In this document: one piece after another, positions 25,138 through 38,639 of the stretch | Layout: the number at the start of each line of letters is the position of its first letter | Position numbering within the stretch: position 1 is the first letter of the stretch | Assembly (NCBI RefSeq): GCF_006345805.1 | Contig: NC_043005.1 | Coordinates: 63,488,001 to 63,552,000 of the forward strand | DNA length: 64,000 nt | Direction of reading: 5' to 3' | Origin: Octopus sinensis | Taxonomy: Eukaryota | Program-made: the position numbers and the translations under genes | The notes under the pieces: generated by a model | Seen by the model: the letters and a program-made list of their open reading frames with translations, nothing else | Database searches by the model: none | What the model was told of the DNA's origin: nothing

Positions 25138-25460
25138 TGAGGGCGCGTGGCTTAGTGGTTAGGGCATTCGGCTCATGATCGTAAGGTTGTGAGTTCGATT
25201 CCCGGCGACGCGTTGTGTCCTTGAGCAAGACACTTTATTTCACGTTGCTCCAGTCCACTCAGCTGGCAAAAATGAGTTGTACTTGTATTTCAAAGGGTCA
25301 GCCTTGTCACTCTCTGTGTCACGCTGATTATCCCCGAGAACTACGTTAAGGGTGCACGTGTCTGTGGAATGCTCAGCCATTTGCACGTTAATTTCACGAG
25401 CAAGCTGTTCCGTTGATCGTATCAGCTGGGACCCTCGTCGTCGTAACCGGCGGAGTCTTT
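25138..25460 (+). mobile_element. tRNA-derived SINE family C, 14-bp TSD
   Basis: A box tggcttagtgg, B box gagttcgattcc, CORE-like gtgtccttgagcaagacac. TSD taatatgtctgcag at 25124-25137 and 25461-25474. Confidence 0.92.
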
Positions 25461-26857
25461 TAATATGTCTGCAGATCATGGTTTATTTCGCAAAGCAGGA
25501 GAACCAGCAACAATACTACTACGACGGTTATTTCATTGAAATGTAGAGTAACAAAACTTATTCTGCTGAGATATCACAGCTTGTAATTCTCTACTCTTAT
25601 TATTTATTCCTAGGTTGATACTGATCGATTCTGAGAATAGGCTAAAACTGGTCCTTTGGCTCGTATCATCTCCCAAAGTTTATTGAGATGGAAACGCCTA
25701 TTGGTTTTATTTATTACCGAAGACTGTTTTCATGCATTTTATCGAGAGCAAATCAGTTAATCGTATTTAACATTTCTCTAAGCTATTGCCTGTGCTCAAA
25801 AATCTAAAGATATACTTCAACTATATCCTTACAGATCAGACCTGCGTCGAAGACTTGATTTGAGAAAAGGTTAGAACCAATCTGCCGTACTGTCTCACTC
25901 AAATGTGTCACAAAGATTACAATAAACTGAACTAATAGAAGCCAAACTTTTGACATGTAGTAGTATGTGTTTAAGACTTGAGCTGTAATATCTTGCCTGC
26001 AAACCAATATTTCTTTTTGCTCTATATAAAGATATCAATTCGACAAATAACTGTATTTTCTTAGCTAAGTCTATTTATTTAAGCTTTCTATTCAGGTAAT
26101 AGAATATAAACAAAAATGTTGGAAACACATAGATCTCTATTGGTAAGTATCTCATTGAACAATTATGAAGAGAAATTATATTATTTACCATTGAAATGTA
26201 TTGAATATCAAAAATGTGCCAAATGATGATATAGTAACGATACGTGATACATCAGTTGCCGAGAGGTGAAATAATGGAAAATTTATTATATTTTAAAATA
26301 TTTTTGTTGAATAACATGAGATAGAGGCAAAAATAAAAGCACCATCATATTTCAGATATACTGGAACATATTGAATAGCAGACAGAATTGAATGCAATAT
26401 TGAACTACAATATAACATCGTTTAAACAATATCAGAAAAAGAGAATAAACAAGAAAAGTCTTGAATTATAGAACCTGTCAAAAAAAAAAAAAAAAACTGA
26501 AACTATTGTCAAATAGATTTTCTTTTTTTCTTTCAAGAAAAAATATCCAATCCTTGTCATTGAACAAAAATCCAAGTAGATGCAACAGAATTGAGAAGAA
26601 TTGTGAAAAGGAAAGAGAAAATAAAAACTGGATTCAAACCCAATAACTCTTAATCATATTTGGGAAGTTTACATATTCGAGGTTGAAAAGAACATTAGCA
26701 CGATGTCATGTAATAGCAAATTATCTAAACAAGGAATATATTCTTTATTTTTTCAAGAGATGGATGAATGTCTTCAGGCTTTTCTAAGATAAAATATTGT
26801 TCGATATAAGTTATTATCGTAGTTTAGATTGCTTTTATAGGAAATTGACTGTTATAT

Positions 26858-26910
<53 letters not shown>

Positions 26911-26930
26911 TAATAATAATGATGATAATG

Positions 26931-26968
<38 letters not shown>
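26858..26968. repeat. (TAA)n microsatellite
   Basis: Seen directly. Confidence 0.95.
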
Positions 26969-26970
<2 letters not shown>

Positions 26971-27234
26971 CCTATAGATTTTGATATCTGAAATTATTTT
27001 GATTTATACAGTTTTTTTTTTAGTTTCCTTTTTTCACCAAAATATGTTATTAGTGTCTTCAAAGTGAGTTTAAGTTCAGGCTTTGCTTGGAAATTATTTA
27101 TAACCAAACAGATATTATTTGATATATCCATACATCCATCTATCCAGTTATCTATCTGTTTCATATATGTCAATTTTCGATCAATATATCTATCTACCCA
27201 GTTTTAAGCACACACAAACACGCATATATATATA

Positions 27235-27281
<47 letters not shown>

Positions 27282-27519
27282 CAAACCATTAATGACAACA
27301 TTCGAGAAGTTTGGCCTTTAATTTTCTCAAACCAAAAGTAAAAGTTTGGGAAAAAAATATATACTGACACATATACATACATGTGAATAAACACAATTAT
27401 TACAGATATGTTGTGTTGTTGTTGTTGTTGTTGTTGATCGTCATCATCATCACCATCATCATCACAGCAGCAGCAGCAAAATTGTGATACACTGTCACAA
27501 TCGTTATAGCGTCGGAAAA

Positions 27520-28738
27520 AAATAATTTGCGACATTTCGTCCCTCTCTACATTCTGTGTTCAAATTCCGCCGAGGTCGACTTTGCCTGCCATATTTCCGA
27601 GGTCAATAAAATAAGTAACAGTTGAGTATTGGGCTATCACTTCATCGGAATTGTGTTCACGACTAGACCCCTCCCATAAAATTCCAGGCCTTGTGCCTAT
27701 AGTAGAAAGGATCATCATCGTCATTAAAAGTGTGATAGACTGGTGGAATCGTTAAAGCATCGAGAAAAACGCTCAGCGGCATTTCTTCCGGCTCTTTGCA
27801 TTTTAGCACAAATTTCACCAAGGTCGACTTTGTCTTTCTTTCTTTAGGGGGTCGACAGAATAAGTACCAGTTGAGCAATGGAATCGACAACAGTCGGTTT
27901 GTTCCTTTCAATAAAATTGCAAACCCTGTGCCCAAATTTATTTTTATTGTTGTGGTTATCATCATCATCATCATCATCATCATCAACAACAACAACAGTG
28001 TGATGGATTGATGGAATTATAAGAAAAATGGTAAGATTGCCCTGGAGTATATTTCCCGCCTTCTTTACATTCTGAGTTCAAATCACACCGATGTCAACTT
28101 TGCCTTTCATCCCTCCCTGATCAGTAAAAAAAAAAAAATCAGTTGAATAGTAGTGTCAATAATACTGACTTAAAACCTTCCTTCAAATTTGCTGGCTTTG
28201 CGACTGGAATTAACAACTACAAAATTTTTTGTCGAAAATGTTGACTGACAGAATTTTTACATCATCGGAAGAAAGGCCGAGCGGTATTTGTTTCGAGTGC
28301 TTACATTTTGAGTTCGAATCTTACTGGGGTCGAATTTGTCCTTCCTTCTCCCGGAGTCGTTGAAATTCAGTCTCAGTAATCGAAGATATTTACTTACATT
28401 TTCCCCCAAATTTCAGGCCTCGCGCTAATGTTAGAAATAGTATCAATAGCACTGCAAAAAACAGAAGCATTCTTTAATCTTCGGCTTGATTCAAAGCTAG
28501 ATGCCAGCTATGTTATTGACGAAATACTGGTTTCAAATTCTGGCACAAGGCCAGCAATTTAGGGATAGTGGGAAAACCGATTACATCGACTCTAGTGTCT
28601 AACTGGTGCATATTTTATCGCTCTCGGAAGGATGAATAGGAGAGTCGACCTCGGCGAAATTTGAATTCAGAACATAAAGACGGACGAAATGCTGCTAAGC
28701 GCATTGTCTGGTATGCTAACGATTCTGTCAGTTCGCCA
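27520..28738. mobile_element. Cluster of five decayed SINE family A copies (four +, last one -)
   Basis: Repeated caaattccgccgaggtcgactttgcc variants. The copy at 28528-28738 is reversed. Confidence 0.75.
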
Positions 28739-28838
28739 CATTTTATTGAAGAAATGTTAAAGCAGTGGTTCCTAACCTGGGGACCGCAGATCCCTGGTGG
28801 TCCGCAAAGGTGGTACTTGGGGTCCGTGAACTATATTT

Positions 28839-28912
28839 AAAGAAGTAGTTCAGTTAATTAGAGCGTCGTACTAATAACGCGAATGTCGTGGGTTCGAGCC
28901 CCATACCTGCCA
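28839..28912 (+). pseudogene. tRNA-Ile(AAT)-like pseudogene
   Basis: tagttcagttaattagagcgtcgtactAATaacgcgaatgtcgtgggttcgagccccatacctgcca closely follows eukaryotic tRNA-Ile(AAT). The 5' acceptor strand is degenerate. Confidence 0.75.
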
Positions 28913-28927
28913 TGTATATTTTATATA

Positions 28928-29349
28928 GGCGTAGGAGTGGCTGTGTGGTAACCAGCTTGCTTACCAACCACATGCTTCCGGGTTCAGTCCCACTGCGTGG
29001 CACCTTGGGCAAATGTCTCCTACTATAGTCTCGGGCCGACCAAAGCCTTGTGAGTGGATTTGGTAGACGGAAACTAAAAGAAACCCGCCGTGTATATGTA
29101 TATATATATATGTGTGTGTGTGTATGTGCGTGTGTGTATGTTTGTGTGTTTATGTCCCCTCAACATCGCGTGACAACCGATGCTGGTGTGTTTACGTCCC
29201 CGTAACTTAGCGGTTCGGCAAAAGAGTTCGATAGAATAAGTACAAGGCTTACAAAGAATAAGTCTCGGGGTCGATTTGATCGACTAAAGGCGGTGCTCCA
29301 GCATGGCCACATTCAAATGACTGAAACAAGTAAAAGAGTAAAAGCGATA
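28928..29349 (+). mobile_element. SINE family B, full length
   Basis: Consensus match. Confidence 0.92.
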
Positions 29350-29769
29350 CTTAAGGATAAAGTATATTAAAAGAGGTCCGTGAGAAAACTCATTTAAATA
29401 AAAGGGTTGGAAACTACTGTTGGGAACCACCGTGAAAAGGCTGGGATCCACTGTTTTAGAGAATGAAAATAAAAGAGAACATTGTATAGATATACACACA
29501 CATTTAAACAGCAAGCTGAGCCATTATTTTTATATCGTTAGTTTAATAAATGTAATTCCATGATGACGTAGGTTAGATTAAGACAGTATGGTTTAAATTA
29601 ACTTCCCTTGTGAAGCCTAACTCCTTGTTTCAGTGAGTCAACACCTTAGGTTTCAATGATTAATCAATGTCACAGGTATCAATTGTATTACGTGCCTACA
29701 ATGCTTTTCCATTTTTCTTCCATCATTCGTAATTAAATCATTCATTTATATTGTATGTAGTTCCTATAT

Positions 29770-29970
29770 CGTCGCCCTGCTAGCAAAAAGTTAACAAAAT
29801 TGTCATCAAGTCACATCGTACCGTCTTAACGAAAGAATATATTAAATATCGTAGTTCTTCATAATCCAAATAAAACGGAATGATCACGCATGGAATGCTT
29901 TTGATGATTATGCAGAGCGATCATGCTTGCCTCGAGTCTAAATAAGAACAACAACAACTACAACAACAAC
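29770..29970 (+). mobile_element. Old interspersed repeat tail ending in (CAA)n (related pieces near 8560-8690 -, 18440-18600, 39340-39510)
   Basis: Shared degenerate motifs (ctgct.gaaa.agc, gtctta, ggaatgc.ttt). By-eye similarity only. Confidence 0.4.
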
Positions 29971-30122
29971 AGTGTATCAATATTTAGATCTAGGCAGCAA
30001 ATTCTAAGCATACATGTGAAAAGAATGACATAGAGCAAGATGTATTGGACTTTGCACTTCGAAATTCTAACAGAGGTTGTAACAGATTGTGTCTTCCACA
30101 AGTAGTATACTCTTATGAAAAG

Positions 30123-31091
30123 AAGGCGGCGAGCTGGCAGAAACGTTAGCACGCCGGGCGAAATGCGTAGCCGTAAATCGTCTGTCGTTACGTTGTGAGT
30201 TCAAATTCCGCTGAGGTCGACTTTGCCTTTCATCCTTTCGGGGTCGATAAATTAAGTACCAGTTACGCACTGGAATCGATGTAATCGACTTGATACCTAT
30301 GTCTGTCCTTGTTTGTCCCCTCTATGTTTAGCCCCTTGTGGGTAATAAAGAAATACGTATTTCGTCTGTCGTTACGTTCCGAGTTCAAATTCCGCCGAGG
30401 TCGACTTTGCCTTTCATCCTTTCGGGGTCGATAAATTAAGTACCAGTTACGCACTGGGATCGATGTAATCGACTTGATACCTATGTCTGTCCTTGTTTGT
30501 CCCCTCTGTGTTTAGCCCCTTGTGGGTAATAAAGAAATACGTATTTCGTCTGTCGTTACGTTCCGAGTTCAAATTCCGCCGAGGTCGACTTTGCCTTTCA
30601 TCCTTTCGGGGTCGATAAATTAAGTACCAGTTATGCACTGGGGTCGATGTAATCGACTTAATACCTATGTCTGTCCTTGTTTGTCCCCTCTGTGTTTAGC
30701 CCCTTGTGGGTAATAAAGAAATACGTATTTCGTCTGTCGTTACGTTCCGAGTTCAAATTCCGCCGAGGTCGACTTTGCCTTTCATCCTTTCGGGGTCGAT
30801 AAATTAAGTACCAGTTACGCACTGGGGTCGATGTAATCGACTTAATACCTATGTCTGTCCTTGTTTGTCCCCTCTATGTTTAGCCCCTAGTGGGTAATAA
30901 AGAAATACGTATTTCGTCTGTCGTTACGTTCCGAGTTCAAATTCCGCCGAGGTCGACTTTGCCTTTCATCCTTTCGGGGTCGATAAATTAAGCACCAGTG
31001 ACGCACTGGGGTCGATGTAATCGACTTAATCCCTTTGTCTGTCTTTGTTTGTCCCCTCTGTGTTTAGCCCCTTGTGGGTAGTAAAGAAATA
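30123..31091 (+). mobile_element. SINE family A tandem array: one head plus five 184-bp body units, single 15-bp TSD
   Basis: Units start at about 30175, 30359, 30543, 30727 and 30911. TSD tatactcttatgaaa at 30106-30120 and 31092-31106. Confidence 0.95.
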
Positions 31092-31149
31092 TATACTCTT
31101 ATGAAAGGTATGAAACAAACTACTTCAATCTGTCATTGTATACTATGTA

Positions 31150-31510
31150 TTCTTTTATTCTTTCCTTTGTTTTAGTCATTGTGCTGCAACCATACTTGGA
31201 TAGTGCTTTGAAGGGTTTAGCCAATCAAATCAACCAGCGTGCTTATTTAAAATTTGGTGCTTAATTTGTCGGTGTCTTTTTATTCAACTGTAAAGTAACG
31301 AGGATATTAACAATCCAATGTTGATGGTCAAACGGTGATAAACAAACAGAAACGTGCCCGTACGCACTTTCCGTCAACGAAATTCATTCAGAAAGTATTA
31401 ATCGGCTCACAGCTTTACTATATATACCCAATGTGCTGTTGAGTGGGATCAAATCCAAAACTATGTCGTCGCAAATTGATCTTCTTAACCACACACCCCA
31501 AACCGCACCT
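31150..31510 (-). mobile_element. Decayed SINE family B
   Basis: Reverse-complement similarity (ttagtcattgtgctgcaaccat...tttccgtcaacgaaattc). Confidence 0.6.
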
Positions 31511-32747
31511 GTATGTATCAAGTAAAAAAGAAAAAGATTAACGCATTACTCCGATCAAGACTTGAGAATAAATTCAACGTATCTAGCATAAGTTTCTATT
31601 TGGATATTTTTCAACCCAATCTCTGCAGATATAAAAACAGAATGGTAAATCTACGCTTCACTGAGTTGGTCTAATAAGTCTCAGATATCTCCAGTTATTA
31701 CAGTACGTACTAAAAGATCAAATTCATTCAGTATTGCATGACCGCATTCAATTTTTAACCAAATTTGAATTCACAGTAATCTTCCCTGCCTTCCTTGGTC
31801 ATAAATAATCATTATATTAATAATTTTTGTCCTTACAAATATTTTATTTTTTTGCCCAATAGGTTAACCCTTTGCCTGTCCAAAGCATTTTCATAAGTTT
31901 GTCGTAAACTCCCATGCTTGTTTTCAGACTTTTAATTAGCGCTTGTCTCAATACGTTCTGAGTAATATAAAGCTTTCATTTCCTAAGTCCCAAGTTAATT
32001 TGGTAATTGAAAAACGAACCAAAATGGATATGTGTATCATGATGCCGGGACGTTAAGGAAATATGCCCTGTGTGTCGCATGTGACAGGCAAAGTGTCAAA
32101 GATGTAAGAATCTGCTTGATTAAATTTATTTTCGTCCGTTAATCTTTTATTTTATGTCTGGGAAGTTTTGAAGGAGATACTAAGCTAACATTATTCATAT
32201 AATTCATATTAAGCTAACAATATTTTTTTCCAATATAAACATATCAATATTTCGGTACAATTTGTTCACCTTTTGAATTCATCTGGTTTTGTCTTCTCAC
32301 ATAACCAATTACTAATTATACACCACTTCATATTAAGAAGCTATTGTTGCAAGATATAACGTTGCAAACGCAGTATAATTTATCAGTCTGTCTCTGTCCC
32401 CGTGTATGTTATGCACACACACATGAATGTGTTTACGTATATATTTATGTATGTATGTAAGTATGTATGTATGTAAGTATGTATGTATCTATTATCTGTA
32501 CGTAGGATTATCAGTATGTGTATACTACTGAAAACAGAGTGCTCGACTTGATACGTAAATATGACACGAAAACAGAGTGCTCGACTTGACACGTAAATAT
32601 GTGGTGTGTACTTTCACACACACCACATACATACACGTGCTTGCGTATAAACAAATATATTTGGAACACAATGTATAGATTTCGTTATCGAACAGGGTAC
32701 AGTCGTGAAATAACAGACGAGATATTAAAATAAATGTTGTAATTTGA

Positions 32748-33584
32748 ATTTAGGATTTCAGTGGTTTTCGTAAATGTTTACAATTTTGCTCCAATTATTT
32801 TCAAATTTGGTATCTGAATAAGTTTTGTATACTTATTACGAAAATGAAATTAATTTTCCCTATAAATCCATAATTAAAAAGTTATTAGTCTTTAAAATTT
32901 GCAAAATTTGGGTATTTTAGCCAATCAGAAGCGAGCATTTTGCACATGACCGTGGCGAAAAAATTTTGTTTCCATTGTAACCATAGATGCTGCGCATGCG
33001 CACAAGGAGAAGGATATGCGAGAAAGATAGTCTTCTACTATAATAACACACGTGATTTTCTCCGTCACAGCATATGAATGAGAAAACAAGGGGTGATGGC
33101 AAGCTGGTCGTGGGAGGGCTTCAACTCTGTGTGAGTATATGTGTGTGTATGTAAAAGGGAGGTATGTGATTGTGTGTGTGCGTGTGCGCGCGCGCGTGTG
33201 TATGTGTACTGGAAGTAGGATAGTGAACATTCAACGCTGAAAAGAAAGGTCAAACAGCGTTTCAACTCTGTGAGTATATATGTTAACTTCATTCGTGTGT
33301 ATTTTAATGTTTTGACTGTTATTTCTAGCAATATTTTGACATGCCGGTGCCCCCATCCTGCACCAATAATGGAAGAGGCATCATCGAACGCGCTGTTTTC
33401 TGATTGGCTGAAAATTCTGAAAATTATCACACTTTGGACACCTGTAGCATTTTTGCAAATTTTTTCTGGAATAAATGAATAACAAATTTGGATTCAGTGT
33501 CAAAAATTATATCTATATGATGCATTAAAAAACATTTTTTAAAGATAATCGTAAAGAGTGACGAAAGCCATTAAGATCCTGAAT
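32748..33584. mobile_element. Non-autonomous DNA transposon with long degenerate TIRs (superfamily unresolved)
   Basis: Left atttaggatttcagtggttttcgtaaatgtttacaatt versus right (reverse complement) attcaggatcttaatggctttcgtcactctttacgatt. Inner inverted motif agccaatcagaa / ttctgattggct. Flanks ttga / ttaa. Confidence 0.55.
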
Positions 33585-33659
33585 TTAATGATAAAATAGG
33601 CTTTGCTTTCTCTCCATTTCGCTCTCTCTCCATATTCATATCTATATCTATATATCAAT

Positions 33660-33834
33660 ATATGTGTGTGTGTGTGTGTGTGTGTGCGTGCGTGTGTATA
33701 CATATATTTATATTTACATGTGTGTATGTATGTTTGTATATATATATATGTGTGTGTGTATGTATGTATGTATGTATATATATATGTATGTATATATATA
33801 TATGTATATATATATATATGTATATATATGTATA

Positions 33835-33922
<88 letters not shown>

Positions 33923-33955
33923 GTTAAGTGTGCGTGTGAGAGAGAGAGAGAGCGA
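33660..33955. repeat. Compound (TG)n/(TA)n/(GA)n microsatellite
   Basis: Seen directly. Confidence 0.95.
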
Positions 33956-34559
33956 GAGCGTGCGTTTCCTATCGAACACGTTTATTCACCTTTCTATTTT
34001 CACTCAGCGCATTTGATGATATATGAATATCATTGTCATAGCAATTTTGATAATCATCACCTCCTTAATTTACTCACAATAAACCAAGGCAACGCTCTAC
34101 CTGCTATCTTGACCTGTTCGAGACAGCTGTTACATCTTTTTCAAAGCTCGCACTACTGTTGTAAATAGGAAAAGTAAGCCAATCAGATAAGGCAGTCCAG
34201 CATACTGCTAAAAATATGAGATGATTACTTCTAGAATATTCGTGAACACAATAACGATGAAGTGACAGTAAATATTTTAAATGTTACCATATTTTATTGG
34301 ATGTGTTTCATTTTTTCCTATTTAAAGCACTTTATCAAATCTTCTTTTTATAAAGTTTTTTTAAAGAAGTTTTGTGCAGGTGTTAACGACATTGTCTTGC
34401 ATTGTTATTACTACTGTGAGACGTACGTTTATATTAAGTTTTTTTTTTACTTCTAATATATGTTTAACTCAGATCTGCACGAGAAATAGTAATATAGAAA
34501 AATAATTATTTTTTCGTCTTTTAGTCAAGTAAGAAGGCAGTTTTCATGTAAGTTTATGG

Positions 34560-35930
34560 GACCCCAAAATTAGTGGAAGAGAGATAGAAAGATATCCACG
34601 AGCCGGAGATCTAGCCCGAAAGATTGCAATATAATAGAGTCTCCTTTTGATACAAAATGTACAGGGGTGTCTCCCTCCCTCCTGGTAAAGGCAGGTACTC
34701 CCCACCACCGACAACTGCAAAATTATAGTTAATTTTATTACCTGATAGATTATGAACATATTCTGTGAGTGATGTAGATGACCTAAGGTTCAGATTAAAC
34801 ATAGAATATGTATGCATAACAATGCCCCATTTCGTGAGCTTCACAGCAGCCCCTATGCAGAACTTACTACTATTTTGAATTTCAATCAGGCGCTTATACA
34901 CGACGTCGGTCTGAACGCAGTTTCCGCTCAGAGGGCATTCTGCGAGAGTTCTACTCATGGATGAGAGACCACGGTCTAAGGGCTAATACACCATCCCATT
35001 CATAGTAGAGCTGACGAAAGCAGTTTGTTTAATACAACACTGAGTGGCAGGTCCGGTTCCATATAATGCAGTGGTGTTTCCTGTATTTGCCTCATCCTTG
35101 CGGTTATTCCATACACTGGGTTTAACGGAGCAAGTTCCTCAGTATATTTGGTTGCGGCTGATGTCGGATTTAAGGCTGCCATTGGAATCGTCCGCTCCAG
35201 TCCTACAAGCGATTGCAGTGTTGTGTCCCACAAACCTGTTCTTACAAGAAGTTGCTGTAAGGAGTGGTCGAATAGGACAACTTAATGGTATTTCTATTGA
35301 AAATACTATGATATCTATGTTTCAAGGAAAAGGTCGTATCGAGAATGTCAGCATTACAGAGAAGAGTGGACTGAACGATATTGCTCAGAGAATCCTCTTC
35401 ATGTGCATTCCCTTCAGCAGGGTTTTCATGCAAGGTTATATTCGAGATTTCGGGCCGGCACATGAAATCCTCCTCTCAATCAACTCTCCTACTGCTTCTG
35501 GATTTACCGTAGGATGCGGGAAGTTGATTGACCTTTCCTGCGGCAATCATGATATTCACTGGGCGGGAGGGAAGCGATGGTCTTTTTAAAAGTTCCAATT
35601 CGCAGCTCACCCACAAGATATTTCCTCGTCTGGAGCCGCCCCGCAACACTTCACAGTTGTATCTCTATTACTCCTGTATTTCTAAAGGGCTAACTTCAGA
35701 TTAGTATCAACAATACACCTAATCCGATCGCTATACCCAACACCATTGAAACCTCATTATAATACCCAGCGTTGATATTGAAAATTCCTTCATTTGCAGA
35801 AAGAATAAATACACTAATCAATATTTTCAAAAGCCTTTTAGTGATGTACATACGATGACTAGACATTCTATGGACTTGGATGTTTTGTGTTGCGTTATAG
35901 AACCTACCGGTTTGTGAAATTAACAGTGGT
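34560..35930 (-). pseudogene. Penelope-like retroelement ORF relic (RT thumb, linker and GIY-YIG endonuclease)
   Basis: Fragments SANEGIFNINAGYYNE (RT thumb-like), HRYHSIFNRNTIKLSYS (ORF 35242..35463), CPLSGNCVQTDVVYK...FCIGA...TSLTEYVHNL (ORF 34611..34958) and CTFC match the layout of PLE C-termini. Multiple frameshifts. Confidence 0.8.
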
Positions 35931-36022
35931 TGGTTTACTGAAACAAGTGTACATTATATAGATCATAAAATACCGAAATACCGGTAACTTTTTCTGTGTT
36001 TCTGATGTGTGTGTGTGTGTAT

Positions 36023-36060
<38 letters not shown>

Positions 36061-36926
36061 AATTGCTCTTTTAATTTCTCTTCACAATAGCTTTGTTAAA
36101 AGAACACAACACATTAGTCTTGTGTATTTGCATAATATCTCTCAATAGATATTTGTAAATTAATGGTATATTTGAGAGCTCAAGAAATGTGTGAAACTAA
36201 GATTTTATCAGCATATACGAGCAAAACACAATGAAGAGATATACAGAATTCTCATTAAAAATATAAAAGGAAAAGCGATAAGGAATGATAGCAACATAAC
36301 AGAAAGCGCAAGTATAAAACTTAGAGGCTGTGATGGTTATAATAAAATGCAACAGAGGAAAATTTAATTGAAGGATAAACTAAGATACTGAAACCCGACG
36401 AATAGTATGAACACAACAATCTATTTTTATAGAAAAAATACGGAACCTGAGAATAATTGGCATAGGAAAGTATTGAAACAATTGATAGCGATATCTACAA
36501 AACAGGTAACGATTCTAGACAGTCAATGCTGGAAATCTGTTAGAAGATAAGCCGAATGGATAATGTTAACTAAAAAACAAAAACAAAAAAAAAAAAAAGA
36601 AAATATTAAACCAACAAGATATTACAATATATACTTACAAAATAATGTTTGTTATTCATTATCATCACCAGCATCTCCATTATTGCCGTCGTAGTCGTCA
36701 TCGTCGTCGTCATCATCATCATAACGAGTGACAGAAACAACCGCTGCAATGTTATCATTGGCTGATGCAGATGTGTTTTTTTTTAATTGATTTTATCGTT
36801 ATATCTCATATATTGATTTCCTGCGTTGATACAAAAGCATACATTTATAACAGGTCGATGGGTTAGTGATCGCAATATTTGAATGACGCCTTTCTAGTAT
36901 ATTACTGGTACTTATTCTAACTATGA

Positions 36927-37159
36927 AAGGCGGCGAGCTGCCAGAAACGTTAACACGCCGGGCGAAATGAGTAGCCGTATTTCGTCTGCCGTTACGTTCT
37001 GAGTTCAAATTCCGCCGAGGTCGACTTTGCCTTTCAACCTTTCGGGGTCGATAAATTAAGTACCAGTTACGCACTGGGGTCGATGTAATCGACTTAATCT
37101 GTTTGTCTGTCTTTGTTTGTTGCCTCTGTGTTTAGCCCCTTGTGGGTAGTAAAGAAATA
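36927..37159 (+). mobile_element. SINE family A, full length, 18-bp TSD
   Basis: TSD ggtacttattctaactat at 36907-36924 and 37160-37177. Confidence 0.95.
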
Positions 37160-38639
37160 GGTACTTATTCTAACTATCGTCGATAAATGTAAATGCAACC
37201 TCAAAAAGAGAAGAGAGAGTATCTCTCTTCTTTTTTTGCAAACCCCTTTGTTTGCCTATTCCTCACAAATATGTTCTAAAATATATCAATACAAGCGCTA
37301 TTGGGTGCAGAAGTGCTAGAAAGTCAACTCGAATGAAACCGCCACATCACAAAGTTGAGGTTTTCATTCACCTAGTCGACATTTTTTTTAGCTGTGTCCT
37401 AGGTTCATGCAACGTTCTGAGCTACGACCCCCAATGTTTTTAGTCTACAATTACGTTTCATTCTTCTGATGCAGTCAACAAATTTATTTGTGTAAAATCA
37501 TCGGTCTTGTGTGTTTGCATAACATTTCAATATTTCCTAACAGACGTCTGACATACATACATACATACATACATACATACATACATACTACATACATACA
37601 TACATAAATACATACATATGCTTGTGCATGTATGTACATATGTTTATATGTGTGTGTGCGCGCACGCATACACTCAGACACACTCACGCAGAAACGTACA
37701 CATATTTTTAACGGTTAATTAAATTGTGGCTTTACGCCAAATTTAGATATTGATATACACCAACATTAAGCATATATATTATTAGCAAGAAGGAGAGGGA
37801 TTGCCAAAAGCAATACAGCAATGGTTGTCGTACATGATTGTTATTTACTCAATATCGTGAGTTCAAATCACTTTGGTGTCAAATCTGAATTCCTTTTCTG
37901 TTGAGCAAATATAATAGCTAAAAATTACGAACGGTGCTTCATTAAGCAGGCAATATATTCTGTGCAGATCTATAGAATTGTTTCGATATAAATCAATATT
38001 GTTCACTAGAAATTTTGGCGTAAATCCTTCAATTTGGGGAATAAGCAAACCAAGAAAAGGCAACAGAGTACTTTTAAGAACAATTGCAACGTATTCAGTT
38101 CCGACCAACTCAATGGTCTTCCTTTACATTTTGGCGGCCTGTTGCAACTGACCGATGAGTTATATATGATGTCAGCATTTAATGAGAAACTTGTATCTTT
38201 TCTAATGCAAACAATTCCTCACCATTGAAGGGATATTATATGTTGGCTAGTCTATTGAGAGTAAAACAGTAAACACTTGGAAATTAATGATAGTCTGCGT
38301 CCATATATACATACACATATATATATACATACATGCTTAGCTAAACGGAATAAACTAGGATAATGTGTAAAGAAGAAAAGAGTAAACCGAACTTTCGATG
38401 AACGTAATTGCTCAAGACGTCAGATTTCATCTTATCCACACGGCATACAGATCTTTGTGAACTTAGTTTTAAATCTTCTATTGATAAATTGGGACATTCT
38501 CAGTTCGTATTAGCACTTACAATTAGCAAAGTGTTTCTGTCTACTATTAACTCTTTAACAAATACAGAGTAGAGACTCTGAAAGCTACTTCGACTGCTAC
38601 GGCGCATACACACACATGCATAAAACATTTCATGCTCTA

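Larger units (their letters stand above)
28763..29453. mobile_element. hAT (Charlie-like) MITE carrying a tRNA-like gene and a nested SINE B
   Basis: 5' TIR cagtggttcctaacct and 3' TIR aggctgggatccactg, plus two partial TIR copies just upstream. The 8-bp flanks tgttaaag / ttttagag match at 6/8. Confidence 0.7.

Noticed and set aside
30067-30638. Three repeated ORFs MRNWYLIYRPRK..., and a possible CRISPR-like array
   Set aside because: These are antisense readings of SINE A units. The units are 184-bp full repeats with no unique spacers, and there are no cas genes.
32530-32601. 38-bp tandem duplication (gaaaacagagtgctcgacttga...)
   Set aside because: Two copies only, consistent with ordinary slippage duplication.
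35044-35589. 181-aa plus-strand ORF
   Set aside because: It lies antisense to the Penelope-like relic, whose motifs are on the minus strand.
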